Shown: piece after piece, positions 32,620 to 41,269 of the stretch
Layout of the letters: each line of letters opens with the position of its first letter
Numbering within the stretch: position 1 is the first letter of the stretch
Assembly: GCA_965219845.1 (NCBI GenBank)
Contig: CBDCOP010000006.1
Coordinates: 294,670-358,669, forward strand
Origin: Dehalococcoidia bacterium
GTDB lineage: Bacteria > Chloroflexota > Dehalococcoidia > Lucifugimonadales > Australimonadaceae
Reading direction: 5' to 3'
DNA length: 64,000 nt
Program-made: the position numbers and the translations under genes
Notes under the pieces: generated by a model
Database searches by the model: none
What the model was told of the DNA's origin: nothing
What the model saw: the letters and a program-made list of their open reading frames with translations, nothing else

Positions 32620-32790
32620 GGGGCTGCGAGGTTCCTGCCTGCGCAGGAACGACGGCTCCGCCGTCCCACGCCCCGCCACGCTACCTGACGGACGGCCTGG
32701 ATTCCAGCGGAGGCTGGAATGACGGGTGGGATGCTGGAATGACGGGTGGGATGCTGGAATGACGGGTGGAATGCTGGAATGACGGGAAGG
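32620..32790. repeat. REP cluster (D unit plus 20-bp tandem repeat of a C-type half site)
   Basis: AGGTTCCTGCCTGCGCAGGAACGAC, then GCTGGAATGACGGGTGGGAT repeated ~3.7 times (32713..32786). Confidence 0.9.
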
Positions 32791-32879
32791 GCGCGCATTC
32801 CTTGACACTTCCCCCCGCTAATCCTACGATGCGGCAGAATCTATATGGAAGGCTTGAATGGGGCGAAAGGAGCGGAGTC

Positions 32880-34097
32880 ATGCCGGAAGAGAATGTCCGG
32901 GCAGACAGGCTGGGAGGAAGAGCGACGCGGCGCAACATCGGCGGTCGCGACCTGACCGGCGAGGGCGATATCGATTACAAGTACATCTCAGCGGATAACC
33001 ACATAGACCTCGTCTGGTATCCGCACGACGTCATCCAGTCACGCATCGAACCGGAGTTCAGGGAGAAGGCCCCGAAGGTCGTCGAGTCGCATAAGGGCAC
33101 AGCGTGGCAGTGGGAAGACGACATCCACGCGTTCGCCGCCGACGGCAAGGACTGGGCGACTCACGCCAAGCGGTTCCTGCCCATCGAGGTCGAGGAGGGC
33201 CGGCTGCCGCCGTCCGACCCGGAGATACTGCTCCATCACATGGACATCGGCGAGTTTTACGCGGGCGTCTACTACGGGAATACCCGCAAATGGGTGTTCA
33301 AGGACAAGGAGCTGGAGAAGGCGGTCTACCGGGCGTTCAACGACTGGGCGGCGGAGCTGTGCTCCTACTCCCCGGACCGGTTGATCGTGCTGCCGTGGTT
33401 GCATGCAGCCTTCCCCGAGACGTGCGCTGCTGAACTGTACCGGCTCGCCGATCAGGGCATCCGCGCCGTCGAACTCAGCCCGAACGACATGGCGGAGGGC
33501 GTCTGGTCGCCCGTGTGGGAGCCTGTGTGGGCCGCGGCTGAAGAGACGCGCACGGTGATCTGCGGGCACATCGGCGACGCGGCGGGCACACCGTACCCGC
33601 CGAACGAGCACGGGCAATCGCTCGCACACTTCTCGCAGGTGCCGTTCAACCCGGCGGGCAAGCATATCGCCCAGTACGTGTTCAGCGGCATGTTCGACCG
33701 CCACCCGGACCTGCACGTCTCGATCGCGGAGTGCCGCATCGGGTGGCTGCCGTTCCTCTTCCAGTGGATGCAGCGCTGCTACAGCGACCGTGTGCGGGAC
33801 ACCATCCACCATCTGGACCAGGAGCCGCTGCACTACCTCAAGAACAACATGTCCTTCACGTTCGAGGAGGACTACATCGGCGCGAAGATGATTCCCGACC
33901 CCGAGTTCCTGATACGCGACAGCGTCATCTGGGGCTGCGACTACCCGCACGAGCAGGGGCAGACGTGGCCGGACGCGACGCCTGCGATGGAGCGCATGTT
34001 CACCGGCGTCGACCCGGACCTTGTGCACGAGGTCGTCTGGGGACGGTCGCAGCGTATCTTCCGCATCCAGGGACCGAACGGATCGAACGGGGGTTAG
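32880..34097 (+). CDS. Amidohydrolase_2 (ACMSD/TIM-barrel metal-dependent hydrolase or decarboxylase) family protein
   Basis: ATG at 32880, 8 nt after AAGGAG. N-terminal metal motif ISADNHID and C-terminal VIWGCDYPHEQG are typical of PF04909-type enzymes. 405 aa. Confidence 0.75.
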   Translation: MPEENVRADRLGGRATRRNIGGRDLTGEGDIDYKYISADNHIDLVWYPHDVIQSRIEPEFREKAPKVVESHKGTAWQWEDDIHAFAADGKDWATHAKRFLPIEVEEGRLPPSDPEILLHHMDIGEFYAGVYYGNTRKWVFKDKELEKAVYRAFNDWAAELCSYSPDRLIVLPWLHAAFPETCAAELYRLADQGIRAVELSPNDMAEGVWSPVWEPVWAAAEETRTVICGHIGDAAGTPYPPNEHGQSLAHFSQVPFNPAGKHIAQYVFSGMFDRHPDLHVSIAECRIGWLPFLFQWMQRCYSDRVRDTIHHLDQEPLHYLKNNMSFTFEEDYIGAKMIPDPEFLIRDSVIWGCDYPHEQGQTWPDATPAMERMFTGVDPDLVHEVVWGRSQRIFRIQGPNGSNGG

Positions 34098-34158
34098 GCG
34101 CTTGGCCGAGAACCGCCACAAGAAAGAGGTGCTGCTCGGCGACGAGCGCAACCGGCAG

Positions 34159-35277
34159 ATGGCCGCCGTGCTCCGCTACGGCCCCTACGTCTTCCTCTCC
34201 AGCTCCGACGGCTACCGCGACCTAGAGACGCAGCAGATCGACACGGAGTTGGACGGCCAGGCGACCCCGCAGTGCAACAACGCCTACGGGCGTCAGGCGC
34301 GGCGCCTGGAGCAGGTGGGCTACGGCGGCGACGCAGCGGTGTGGATAGAGAACTTCACGTCCGGCCAGTCGTGGCGTCTGGAGCGCATGGCGACTTGGCC
34401 GGACCACTTCGGCGAGGAAGGCCACAAGCTCGCGGTCAGCTTCGGCGCGCAGTGCAAGATGGCGGGGGTCAACATGCTCACCGCCGTCGTGATGGCGATG
34501 ACGCCCGACCTGGAAAGGCAGGTGTTCGTACACCAGCCGCACCGGGGGCGGGCGTCCCGCATCACACGCTGCGGCGACTTCACGTACGTCATCGGCGTAC
34601 GCGGCCGCTCCAACCCGTTCACGGAGGAAGAGGCGATCGAGGAGACGCCGGAGCAGTTCAACACGGAGCTGTTCTACACCTACGAGTGGCTCCGCTCACA
34701 CCTCGAGAAGGGCGGCGGCAGCCTGGACGACCTCGTGCGGACGGACTGCGCGCTGAAGCGCATCGGCGACGTGGGGCCGTACTACGACGAGCTGAAGGAG
34801 CGCTTCGGCGGCAGCGTGCCGTTCGCGGCGTACTCGGTGGGGACGCTCCTCGGCGGGCGCGGCGTCATGGAGATCGGCGGCCTCGCCATCAACCCCGGCG
34901 GGGTGAAGGAGACGGCGTGGCTGGCCGAGGACCCGGACCGGACGCAGGCCGTGCGGGCCAACGGACTCGTGTTCGCATCGAGCGCATCAGGGCTCGCGGA
35001 CGAGCAGACCGGCGCGGTGAAGCAGGAGCTGTACGGCGACCGCACCGGCCAGGCGCGGCAGGCGCTGCGACGACTGGACGCCGCGCTCAACCGGTTCGAC
35101 ACGTCGCTGGAGAACGTGCTGCGGCTCGACGTCTTCTTGGACGACATCTACTTCGAGGACGAGTTCGTTGCGCTCGCGGCGGAGCACTGGGGCGGCGACC
35201 CGCCGACGATGAACGTCGTCGGCGTCGACCTGCACGGCAACGCTGAGGTCGAACTCTCCTGCATCGCGGGTGCGTAG
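34159..35277 (+). CDS. Second single-chain triple-RidA/YjgF-domain protein
   Basis: In ORF 34021..35277. Start is ATG 34159, or TTG 34102 just after the upstream stop. Three RidA-like modules; the third is the clearest (VRANGLVFASSASG...VLRLDVFLDD...VELSCIAGA). Confidence 0.7.
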   Translation: MAAVLRYGPYVFLSSSDGYRDLETQQIDTELDGQATPQCNNAYGRQARRLEQVGYGGDAAVWIENFTSGQSWRLERMATWPDHFGEEGHKLAVSFGAQCKMAGVNMLTAVVMAMTPDLERQVFVHQPHRGRASRITRCGDFTYVIGVRGRSNPFTEEEAIEETPEQFNTELFYTYEWLRSHLEKGGGSLDDLVRTDCALKRIGDVGPYYDELKERFGGSVPFAAYSVGTLLGGRGVMEIGGLAINPGGVKETAWLAEDPDRTQAVRANGLVFASSASGLADEQTGAVKQELYGDRTGQARQALRRLDAALNRFDTSLENVLRLDVFLDDIYFEDEFVALAAEHWGGDPPTMNVVGVDLHGNAEVELSCIAGA

Positions 35278-35280
35278 GAC

Positions 35281-35802
35281 ATGACGGAGGCGAAGCCGGT
35301 CGCGGTCGGGGTCGAGGCGTCGGTCATCATGGCGGAGTTGCGTTCGCTGGGTATAGACCACGTCATCTGCATCCCGGACTCCTACCAGAAGACGCTCATC
35401 GTTGCACTGCAGGACGACCCGTCCATGCGCTTCATCACGGCATGCACCGAGGACGAGGCGATAGGCATCAACGCCGGGCTGTACATGGGCGGCAGGAACG
35501 CGATGCTGGTCATCCAGAACAACGGGATCTTCGCGTCCATCAACACGATCAAGGCGATCCCGCTGGACGCGCGCATCCCCACGTTCATCTTTGTGGGCCA
35601 GTTCCAGCGCGACCCGATGGTGCCCATAGAGGAGAGCAGGTCCCGCGCCGTTCGCATGGTGGAACCGACGCTGGACGTGTGGGGCGTGCCGCACTGGCGG
35701 TTGGAGGGGCCGGGCGATCTCGGCAACATCCGTGCGGCCCACGAGCGCGCGCACGAGACGCTGGGGCCCGCGGCGCTCATCGTGGGAGCGCCGACGCTGT
35801 AG
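35281..35802 (+). CDS. TPP-dependent decarboxylase, alpha (PYR-domain) subunit; sulfopyruvate/phosphonopyruvate decarboxylase-like
   Basis: 173 aa, starting 4 nt after the upstream stop. The pattern IDHVICIPDSYQKTLI...ACTEDEAIGINAG matches ComD-type N-terminal TPP-binding halves. Confidence 0.7.
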   Translation: MTEAKPVAVGVEASVIMAELRSLGIDHVICIPDSYQKTLIVALQDDPSMRFITACTEDEAIGINAGLYMGGRNAMLVIQNNGIFASINTIKAIPLDARIPTFIFVGQFQRDPMVPIEESRSRAVRMVEPTLDVWGVPHWRLEGPGDLGNIRAAHERAHETLGPAALIVGAPTL

Positions 35803-35804
35803 CC

Positions 35805-36368
35805 ATGGAACGCAACGAGGCCATAGAGATAATCGCGGAGGGGCGCGGCGACGCCGTCTCTGTCGTGACGATGCAGTCGATATACCCGTGGCACCAGGCA
35901 GGGCAGGGCGAGATACTCCACGTCGACGCCTCACAGTGCATGGGGAGCGCGTCGTCCATCGGTCTGGGGCTCGCGATGGCGCGCCCCGACAAGAAAGTCA
36001 TCGTGCTGGACGGCGACGGCAGCCTGCTCATGCAGTTGGGCTCGCTGGTCACCAACGCAGGGCAATCGCCCGCGAACCTCTACCACTTCGTCTTCGCCAA
36101 CGGCCTGCACCAGAGCACCGGCAACCAGCCTTTGCCCGCCGTCGGGCAGTTCGACTGGGTTGGGCTCGCGAAGTCCTCGGGGTACGCGGACGCACTCCGC
36201 ATCGAGGCGGCGGAGGACCTGCTGGAGCGTCTGCCGGAGGTGCTGGAGATGACGGGACCGGTGCTCATCGAACTCACCATCGAGCGGGAGGACCGCGACC
36301 CGCTCTGGGCGGGCGTGCCGATGTGGAAACAGACTGCGCTGCTCAAAGAGCAACTGGAGGCGTCATGA
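35805..36368 (+). CDS. TPP-dependent decarboxylase, beta (PP-domain) subunit
   Basis: ATG at 35805, 3 nt after the alpha stop. TPP/Mg motif VLDGDGSLLMQLGSLVT...N. 187 aa. Confidence 0.7.
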   Translation: MERNEAIEIIAEGRGDAVSVVTMQSIYPWHQAGQGEILHVDASQCMGSASSIGLGLAMARPDKKVIVLDGDGSLLMQLGSLVTNAGQSPANLYHFVFANGLHQSTGNQPLPAVGQFDWVGLAKSSGYADALRIEAAEDLLERLPEVLEMTGPVLIELTIEREDRDPLWAGVPMWKQTALLKEQLEAS

Positions 36369-37786
36369 GCGATGGCGGCTATTGGCGACTCTCCGCCACG
36401 GAACTGATCGAGGGGTACCGGAGGCGCGATTTCTCGCCCGTCGAGGTGATACGGGAGGTGTTCGAGCGCATCGAGCGGATCGATCCGAATCTGAGCGCGT
36501 TCCTCGCGGTGAACACGGACGACGCCATGAAGGCGGCCGAAGCTGCGGAAGCAGCCTGGCTCGGCTCGGGCGAGCGCGGCCTGCTCTGCGGCGTGCCGAT
36601 CTCGCTGAAGGACAGCATCGAGATGGCGGGTCACCCGACGACCTACGGCTCGCTGGCGTTCGTCGATAACCGGCAGCCGGACTCGGAGATAGCGCGGCGC
36701 ATCCGGCGCGAGGGCGGCGTGCTCATCGGCAAGACGAACCTGCCTGAGTTCGCGCTGCACGGCGCGGTGGACAATCGCATCAGCCCGCCGGGGCGCAATC
36801 CGTGGAACCTCGATCACACGTGCGGCGGCTCCAGCGGCGGCGCGGGCGCGCAGGTCGCAGCGGGCCTCGGTCCGCTTGCCATCGGCACAGACTCGGGCGG
36901 CTCGATACGGATGCCCGCTGCGATCAACGGGGTCTTCGGCATCAAGCCGACGTACCAGCGCATACCGGCTGCGCAGACGTGGCGCGCGGCGCCCGGACGC
37001 TCGCACAACGGCCCGCTGACGCGCACCGTGCGCGACTCCGCGCTCGTGCTCCAGGCGCTCGCGGGCTATGACCCGCGCGATGGGGAGTCCAACCTATCGC
37101 CGGTGAGCGACTACTTCGCGTTCGCGTCGGGCGACCTGCGCGGGCTGCGCGTCGCGGTGAGCTACGACTTCGGCAGGGGCTTCGCGATGGACGGTGAGGC
37201 GCTGGAGCACGTGCGCGACACCGCGCGCTTCTTCGAGGACGCGGGCTGCATCCTGATCGAAGCGGACCCGCCGACCATCGAAGAGCCGGAGGAGCTGGAA
37301 CCGGGCATCTGGGCGTATTCCGGCGACCACTACGCCGCCGCCGAGGCGATGGTCCCCGGCTTCCTGGAGAAGCACCTGGAAGACCTGAGCGACGTGGCGC
37401 GTCCTGTCTACGAGGCCGGGCCGCATGCGAAGGCGTGGCAGTCGCGGCGCATAGTGCGGCGCAACCGGGGGTACGGCCTGCGCGTGCAGGAGTGGTTCCG
37501 CAACTACGACCTGCTGCTGAGCCCGCTGATGGGTCCGGCGCAGCGGATAGACGCCGTGCGGATGCCGGACCGGTCGCGCCCGCCGCAGAGTTTCAGCACA
37601 CCGTTCAACCACGCGTACAACCCGGCGGCTGCCGTCCCCGTGGGTTTCCACTCGAACGGGCTGCCGCTCTCCGTGCAGATAGTGGGGCGTCTGTACGACG
37701 ACGTAGGCGTGCTGCGGGCGTCGGCAGCGCTGGAGCGCTCCCGCCCGTGGGGGCACAACTGGCCATCGCTGGCGGAGCAAGGGTAG
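36365..37786 (+). CDS. Amidase-signature (AS) family amidase
   Basis: ATGA overlap with the upstream stop. AS motifs GVPISLKDS and GGSSGGAGAQVAAGLGPLAIGTDSGGSIRMPA. 473 aa. Confidence 0.85.
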   Translation: MSDGGYWRLSATELIEGYRRRDFSPVEVIREVFERIERIDPNLSAFLAVNTDDAMKAAEAAEAAWLGSGERGLLCGVPISLKDSIEMAGHPTTYGSLAFVDNRQPDSEIARRIRREGGVLIGKTNLPEFALHGAVDNRISPPGRNPWNLDHTCGGSSGGAGAQVAAGLGPLAIGTDSGGSIRMPAAINGVFGIKPTYQRIPAAQTWRAAPGRSHNGPLTRTVRDSALVLQALAGYDPRDGESNLSPVSDYFAFASGDLRGLRVAVSYDFGRGFAMDGEALEHVRDTARFFEDAGCILIEADPPTIEEPEELEPGIWAYSGDHYAAAEAMVPGFLEKHLEDLSDVARPVYEAGPHAKAWQSRRIVRRNRGYGLRVQEWFRNYDLLLSPLMGPAQRIDAVRMPDRSRPPQSFSTPFNHAYNPAAAVPVGFHSNGLPLSVQIVGRLYDDVGVLRASAALERSRPWGHNWPSLAEQG

Positions 37787-37789
37787 GGG

Positions 37790-37993
37790 CTAGGCCTCGA
37801 CTAACTCGTAGGAGTGGGGTTCGGGTACCGGCAGGCCGTCTTCCTGTAGAGCTTCGAGATAGAGTTGGATGGCCTCGCGGATGAGCGTATCGACTTCTTC
37901 CCTGGTTTCTGCTGCGGCTACGCAGCCGGGCAGGTCCGGCACATACGCACCGTAACTGGTAGGGCCCTTCTCGATGATGACGGCGTACTTCAT
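37790..37993 (-). CDS. hicB: HicB-family antitoxin (short, UPF0150 type)
   Basis: ATG at 37993 overlaps the hicA stop (ATGA). MKYAVIIEKGPTSYGAYVPDLPGCVAAAETREE is the HicB N-domain signature. Confidence 0.8.
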   Translation of the reverse strand: MKYAVIIEKGPTSYGAYVPDLPGCVAAAETREEVDTLIREAIQLYLEALQEDGLPVPEPHSYELVEA

Positions 37994-38196
37994 CGGTTCG
38001 CTCTCTTGTCGAGACCAGCTTGCTTCAAGATATTCTCCCACGTCCCTTGCGGTATATCCACACCCGGGTGCCCCGATATGACGGTGGCCCCCGGTTTCGT
38101 TGGATGTTTGTACACCCGGTGGCTTCCCCTCGTTCTCACATGCTGCCATCCGTCCCGCTCAACCATGCGGATGGCATCCCTCACCTTTGGCGGCAT
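37990..38196 (-). CDS. hicA: HicA-family mRNA interferase toxin
   Basis: ATG at 38196 in ORF 37990..38268(-). The pattern VRDAIRMVERDGWQHVRTRGSHRVYKHP...IPQGTWENILKQAGL is the YcfA/HicA pattern including GSH. Confidence 0.8.
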   Translation of the reverse strand: MPPKVRDAIRMVERDGWQHVRTRGSHRVYKHPTKPGATVISGHPGVDIPQGTWENILKQAGLDKRANR

Positions 38197-38338
38197 ACCG
38201 TTCGTGCTCCCTGAACGTGCTTTGCTGAATGGTCTATGTGTGCACACTAAGGAGAGCGGCGGCAACATAACAAGGGGCAGATGTCACAAGACTGGCGTGG
38301 GTAGTCCTCCCTACCTGGCCGGAGGTCGCGGAAGAGAG

Positions 38339-38425
38339 CTAGACCTCGACCACGATGGCGGCGCTCGTGGGTTCGGGGATGGGGTCGCCGTGCTCGCGCA
38401 TCAGTTCGAGGTGGAGGCAGTTGGC
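38339..38425 (-). pseudogene. C-terminal fragment of another HicB-like antitoxin
   Basis: My translation of the - strand gives ...ANCLHLELMREHGDPIPEPTSAAIVVEV*, the usual HicB C-terminal 'GEPIPEP' segment, with no N-terminal part. Confidence 0.4.
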
Positions 38426-38506
38426 AGGTGCGCCACCTGCCAACCATCAGGGACTTGCGCCGCTCTCGCCGTCAACCCGCCTTAGCAACATCCGGGACAG
38501 CGACTT

Positions 38507-38815
38507 CTATCTCCACCATCTGAAACGTGGTCGATAGCGAGGGTTCGGGTTTACCAACTCGGCGTAGGAACGCAGAACGTCTTCCGGGAGCGGTTCGTTA
38601 TGGTGGGCAATGGCATCGTCGATGGACATCCTGGGTTCCGGGAGCGGCTCACCCTGCTCCAGCAGGTCCTCGATGTGGAACGCGAGAGCCTCGCGAATCA
38701 TCGCCTGCATCTCTTCCCAGGTCTTGCCGGTGCTGATGCAGCCCGGCACGTCCGGCACATAGGCGCCGTAATTGTTGGGGGTCTGCTGGAAAACGACGGC
38801 GTAGCGCAGCTTCAT
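38507..38815 (-). CDS. HicB-like antitoxin, orphan (no adjacent hicA)
   Basis: ATG at 38815 in ORF 38507..38860(-). MKLRYAVVFQQTPNNYGAYVPDVPGCISTGKTWEEMQAMIREAL...GEPLPEP. 102 aa. Confidence 0.7.
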   Translation of the reverse strand: MKLRYAVVFQQTPNNYGAYVPDVPGCISTGKTWEEMQAMIREALAFHIEDLLEQGEPLPEPRMSIDDAIAHHNEPLPEDVLRSYAELVNPNPRYRPRFRWWR

Positions 38816-38914
38816 TGCATGTAGTTGCTCCTTGACTCCCCACGCCTGTTCAGCCTTCACTGCATCTTGCGCGCTATAGGTCTCCCCGAGAGGATGTCGC
38901 GCGCTAAAGCACGG

Positions 38915-39107
38915 GCTTCGCTCAACATGACAACTCCCCTACTCCCCCACTCCCACAGGGCCCTCACCCTAACCCTCTCCCTCAGGAGAGGGGACCGAGC
39001 CCTCACCCCCTCGCCCCCGCAGTACCCTCACCCTCGCCCTCTCCCCTTGTAGAGACCTTTGCATAACCCCATCGCACACCCCAGACCCCGCCGATTCACC
39101 CCCATCC
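38915..39107. repeat. REP cluster (A', A, left half of a B unit)
   Basis: Ends ...GATTCACCCCCATCC, which is the left half of REP-B, cut by the IS110-family element. Confidence 0.9.
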
Positions 39108-39281
39108 TTGTATGGTGATGGAAGGCGGGGCAGGCCGCCCCATCCTGGGTCCCAAAAGACCGCAGGTTAGCTTGACCGCCCCGCCCCCATTCACCCGCCC
39201 TACCGGCTGCCCGAACAGTTGCCTGAGCCAACGAGCTCGTATCACAAGGCTGGGCACGGCAGGGCGCAAGGAGGATACCGC
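39108..39281 (+). ncRNA. Candidate bridge (guide) RNA of the IS110-family element
   Basis: CCCCATCCT (39138..39146) equals the left flank. GGTTAG (39165..39170) is the reverse complement of right flank CTAACC. A small hairpin GGTC-ccaaaa-GACC lies between them. ACAGTTGC (39215..39222) equals the element's right end (40230..40237). Confidence 0.45.
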
Positions 39282-40220
39282 ATGGACTCGACCCTCTGCA
39301 TCGGCATCGACGTCTCTCAGGACTGGCTCGACCTGACCGCTCACCCAGCCGGACAACCCCGGCGCTTCAAGACCACCCCTGACGGCCTCCGCTCTCTTGT
39401 CGAGCACTGCCGCGACGCTCAGCCCCGCTTGATCGCCTTCGAGGCCTCCGGCGGCTACGAACGCCCGCTCGCGGACACGCTCATCCAAGCGCAACTCCCC
39501 TTCGTCATCCTCAACCCCCGCAACGTTCGCTACCACGCCCGCTCCACCGGCATCCTGGCCAAGACGGACCGGATCGACGCTGCCGTCATCGCTCAGTTCG
39601 TCTACCGCAACGAGGTGCAGCCGAAGCCTGCGCCGTCGCCCGCGGAGCAGGCCGTGCGCGATCTGGCCACTCACCGCAACCAACTCGTCGATGCCCGGAC
39701 GCGCGCGATGCACGAGGGCCGGCACTTCACAGGGACGAGCTCGGCCAGCACCCAGCGCCATATCGCCTTCCTCGAACGGGAGATTGCTGCCATGGAGCAG
39801 GAGCTGCGGGAGGTCATCGCCCAGGACGTCTTCTTGCGCGAGCGCTCGGAGCGGCTGCGGAGCGTTCCCGGCGTCGGGGAGACGCTGGCGGCGGTGCTGC
39901 TCGGGGCCATGCCGGAACTGGGGCGCCTGAACCGGGGCGCCGTCGGCAAGCTGGCAGGTCTGGCCCCGCACGCCCGCGACAGCGGGAAGCGCGAGGGGAA
40001 GCGCTTCTGCTGGGGTGGGCGTGCGAACGTGCGGAGGGTGCTCTACATGCCTATGCTCGCGGCCATCCAGCACAACCCCGTGATCCGCGCCTTCTACCAG
40101 CGGCTGGTTGGCCAGGGCAAACCGAAGAAGGTGGCGCTGGTAGCCTGCATGCGCAAGATGCTGACGATACTGAACGCCATCCTACGGGAGGGGACCACCT
40201 GGAACCCACACATCGCTTGA
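39282..40220 (+). CDS. IS110-family transposase/recombinase (DEDD N-domain + C-terminal Ser domain)
   Basis: ATG at 39282 follows AAGGAGGA. The start CIGIDVSQDWLD and the blocks AFEASGGYE, KTDRIDA, VPGVGETLAAVLL and AGLAPHARDSGK are classic IS110 family features. 312 aa. Confidence 0.9.
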   Translation: MDSTLCIGIDVSQDWLDLTAHPAGQPRRFKTTPDGLRSLVEHCRDAQPRLIAFEASGGYERPLADTLIQAQLPFVILNPRNVRYHARSTGILAKTDRIDAAVIAQFVYRNEVQPKPAPSPAEQAVRDLATHRNQLVDARTRAMHEGRHFTGTSSASTQRHIAFLEREIAAMEQELREVIAQDVFLRERSERLRSVPGVGETLAAVLLGAMPELGRLNRGAVGKLAGLAPHARDSGKREGKRFCWGGRANVRRVLYMPMLAAIQHNPVIRAFYQRLVGQGKPKKVALVACMRKMLTILNAILREGTTWNPHIA

Positions 40221-40237
40221 CCCGCAATCACAGTTGC

Positions 40238-40329
40238 TAACCTTCCCCCATCGAGGGGGAAGGGATCAAATAACCCCGCACCGCATCTCCCTCACGGTTA
40301 TGTAAAGGTCCCCTTGTAGGGAGAGGGGA
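40238..40329. repeat. REP cluster (right half of the B unit, then an A unit)
   Basis: Starts TAACCTTCCCCCATCGAGGGGGAAGGGATCAAATA; ends CCCCTTGTAGGGAGAGGGGATCAA. Confidence 0.9.
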
Positions 40330-41193
40330 TCAATTCCCGAGATACGCCTCGCGGGCGGAGCGGTAGTCGGCGGTCCCGGTGGCGATGCCCATCATCTCCG
40401 GAGTCGGCTCGCGGCCGGCGAGGTCGGCGGAGGGCGCGCCGGACGCCTGGTGCGCGAGCGATTCGTAGACGGTGCGGACGGTCTGCGTGAACGTGCCGTG
40501 TCCGCGCAGCACGATCTTCACACCGTAGCGGGCGAGGATGTCGGTCGTGAGCGCCCCCGGCGTGCTGCCGAGCATGAAGGGCAGGCCCGTGAGGGCGCGC
40601 GCGGCCTGCAGGTGCGCCTCCTCCCGCACGCCCATGAGGAAGATGCCGTCCACGCCGGTCTCCGCATAGGCGGCGACGCGCACGAGCGCATCGTCGAGGC
40701 TGGTGGCGTTGATGGCGTGGGTGCGCCCCAGGATGACGGTCGCGTCGTCCTGCCGGGCGGCGACGGCGGCGCGCAGCTTGCCGGTCATCTCGTCGACCGG
40801 GATGAGCTCCTCCTTGCCGCCTGAGCCGTACCGGCTGGGAAGCGACGTGTCCTCGATGGTCATGCCGCTCGCGCCCGCATCCTCCAGTTCGCGGACGGTG
40901 CGCATGACGTTCAGCGCATTGCCGTAGCCGTTGTCGGCGTCGATCATCTGGCTGATGTCGGATGCGCGGGTGATGCGGCGCACCTGGTCGGCGAGCTCGG
41001 TGAGGGTCATCACGGCGACGTCCGGCGCTCCGAGGATGACGGCGCTCGCTATTGAGCCGCCGAGCATGCCGACTTCGAATCCGAGGGCGTAGGCGGTGCG
41101 CGACGAGACGGGGTCGAACACGGATGCGGGACGGATGCAGCCCTCGCGCTGGAGGTAGTCGCGCAGGCGTCGGCGGCGGTCGGTGACGTGCAT
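40330..41193 (-). CDS. Isocitrate lyase / PEP mutase superfamily enzyme (oxaloacetate decarboxylase / methylisocitrate lyase-like)
   Basis: 287-aa ORF. Family patterns DADNGYGNA and GMTIEDTSLP. Lacks the EDKxxxxxNS signature of true PEP mutases. Confidence 0.7.
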   Translation of the reverse strand: MHVTDRRRRLRDYLQREGCIRPASVFDPVSSRTAYALGFEVGMLGGSIASAVILGAPDVAVMTLTELADQVRRITRASDISQMIDADNGYGNALNVMRTVRELEDAGASGMTIEDTSLPSRYGSGGKEELIPVDEMTGKLRAAVAARQDDATVILGRTHAINATSLDDALVRVAAYAETGVDGIFLMGVREEAHLQAARALTGLPFMLGSTPGALTTDILARYGVKIVLRGHGTFTQTVRTVYESLAHQASGAPSADLAGREPTPEMMGIATGTADYRSAREAYLGN

Positions 41194-41269
41194 GGCGTGG
41201 CTCCTGTGACACCGGCCCGTAGCGGATTCGCGGGGCAGGCCGGTAGTTTGGGTCGGCAGCGATGATAGC

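Larger units (their letters stand above)
39108..40237 (+). mobile_element. IS110-family insertion sequence inserted inside a REP-B unit
   Basis: The joined flanks reconstitute a REP-B/REP-A composite colinear with 31975..32110. No inverted repeats and no target duplication except CT at both junctions. 174-nt 5' non-coding region, 17-nt 3' region. Confidence 0.9.

Noticed and set aside
35281-41193. Phosphonate biosynthesis (PEP mutase plus phosphonopyruvate decarboxylase)
   Set aside because: The ICL/PEPM-family gene at 40330..41193 lacks the EDKxxxxxNS PEP-mutase signature. It is on the opposite strand and is separated from the TPP decarboxylase genes by an amidase, TA modules and an IS.
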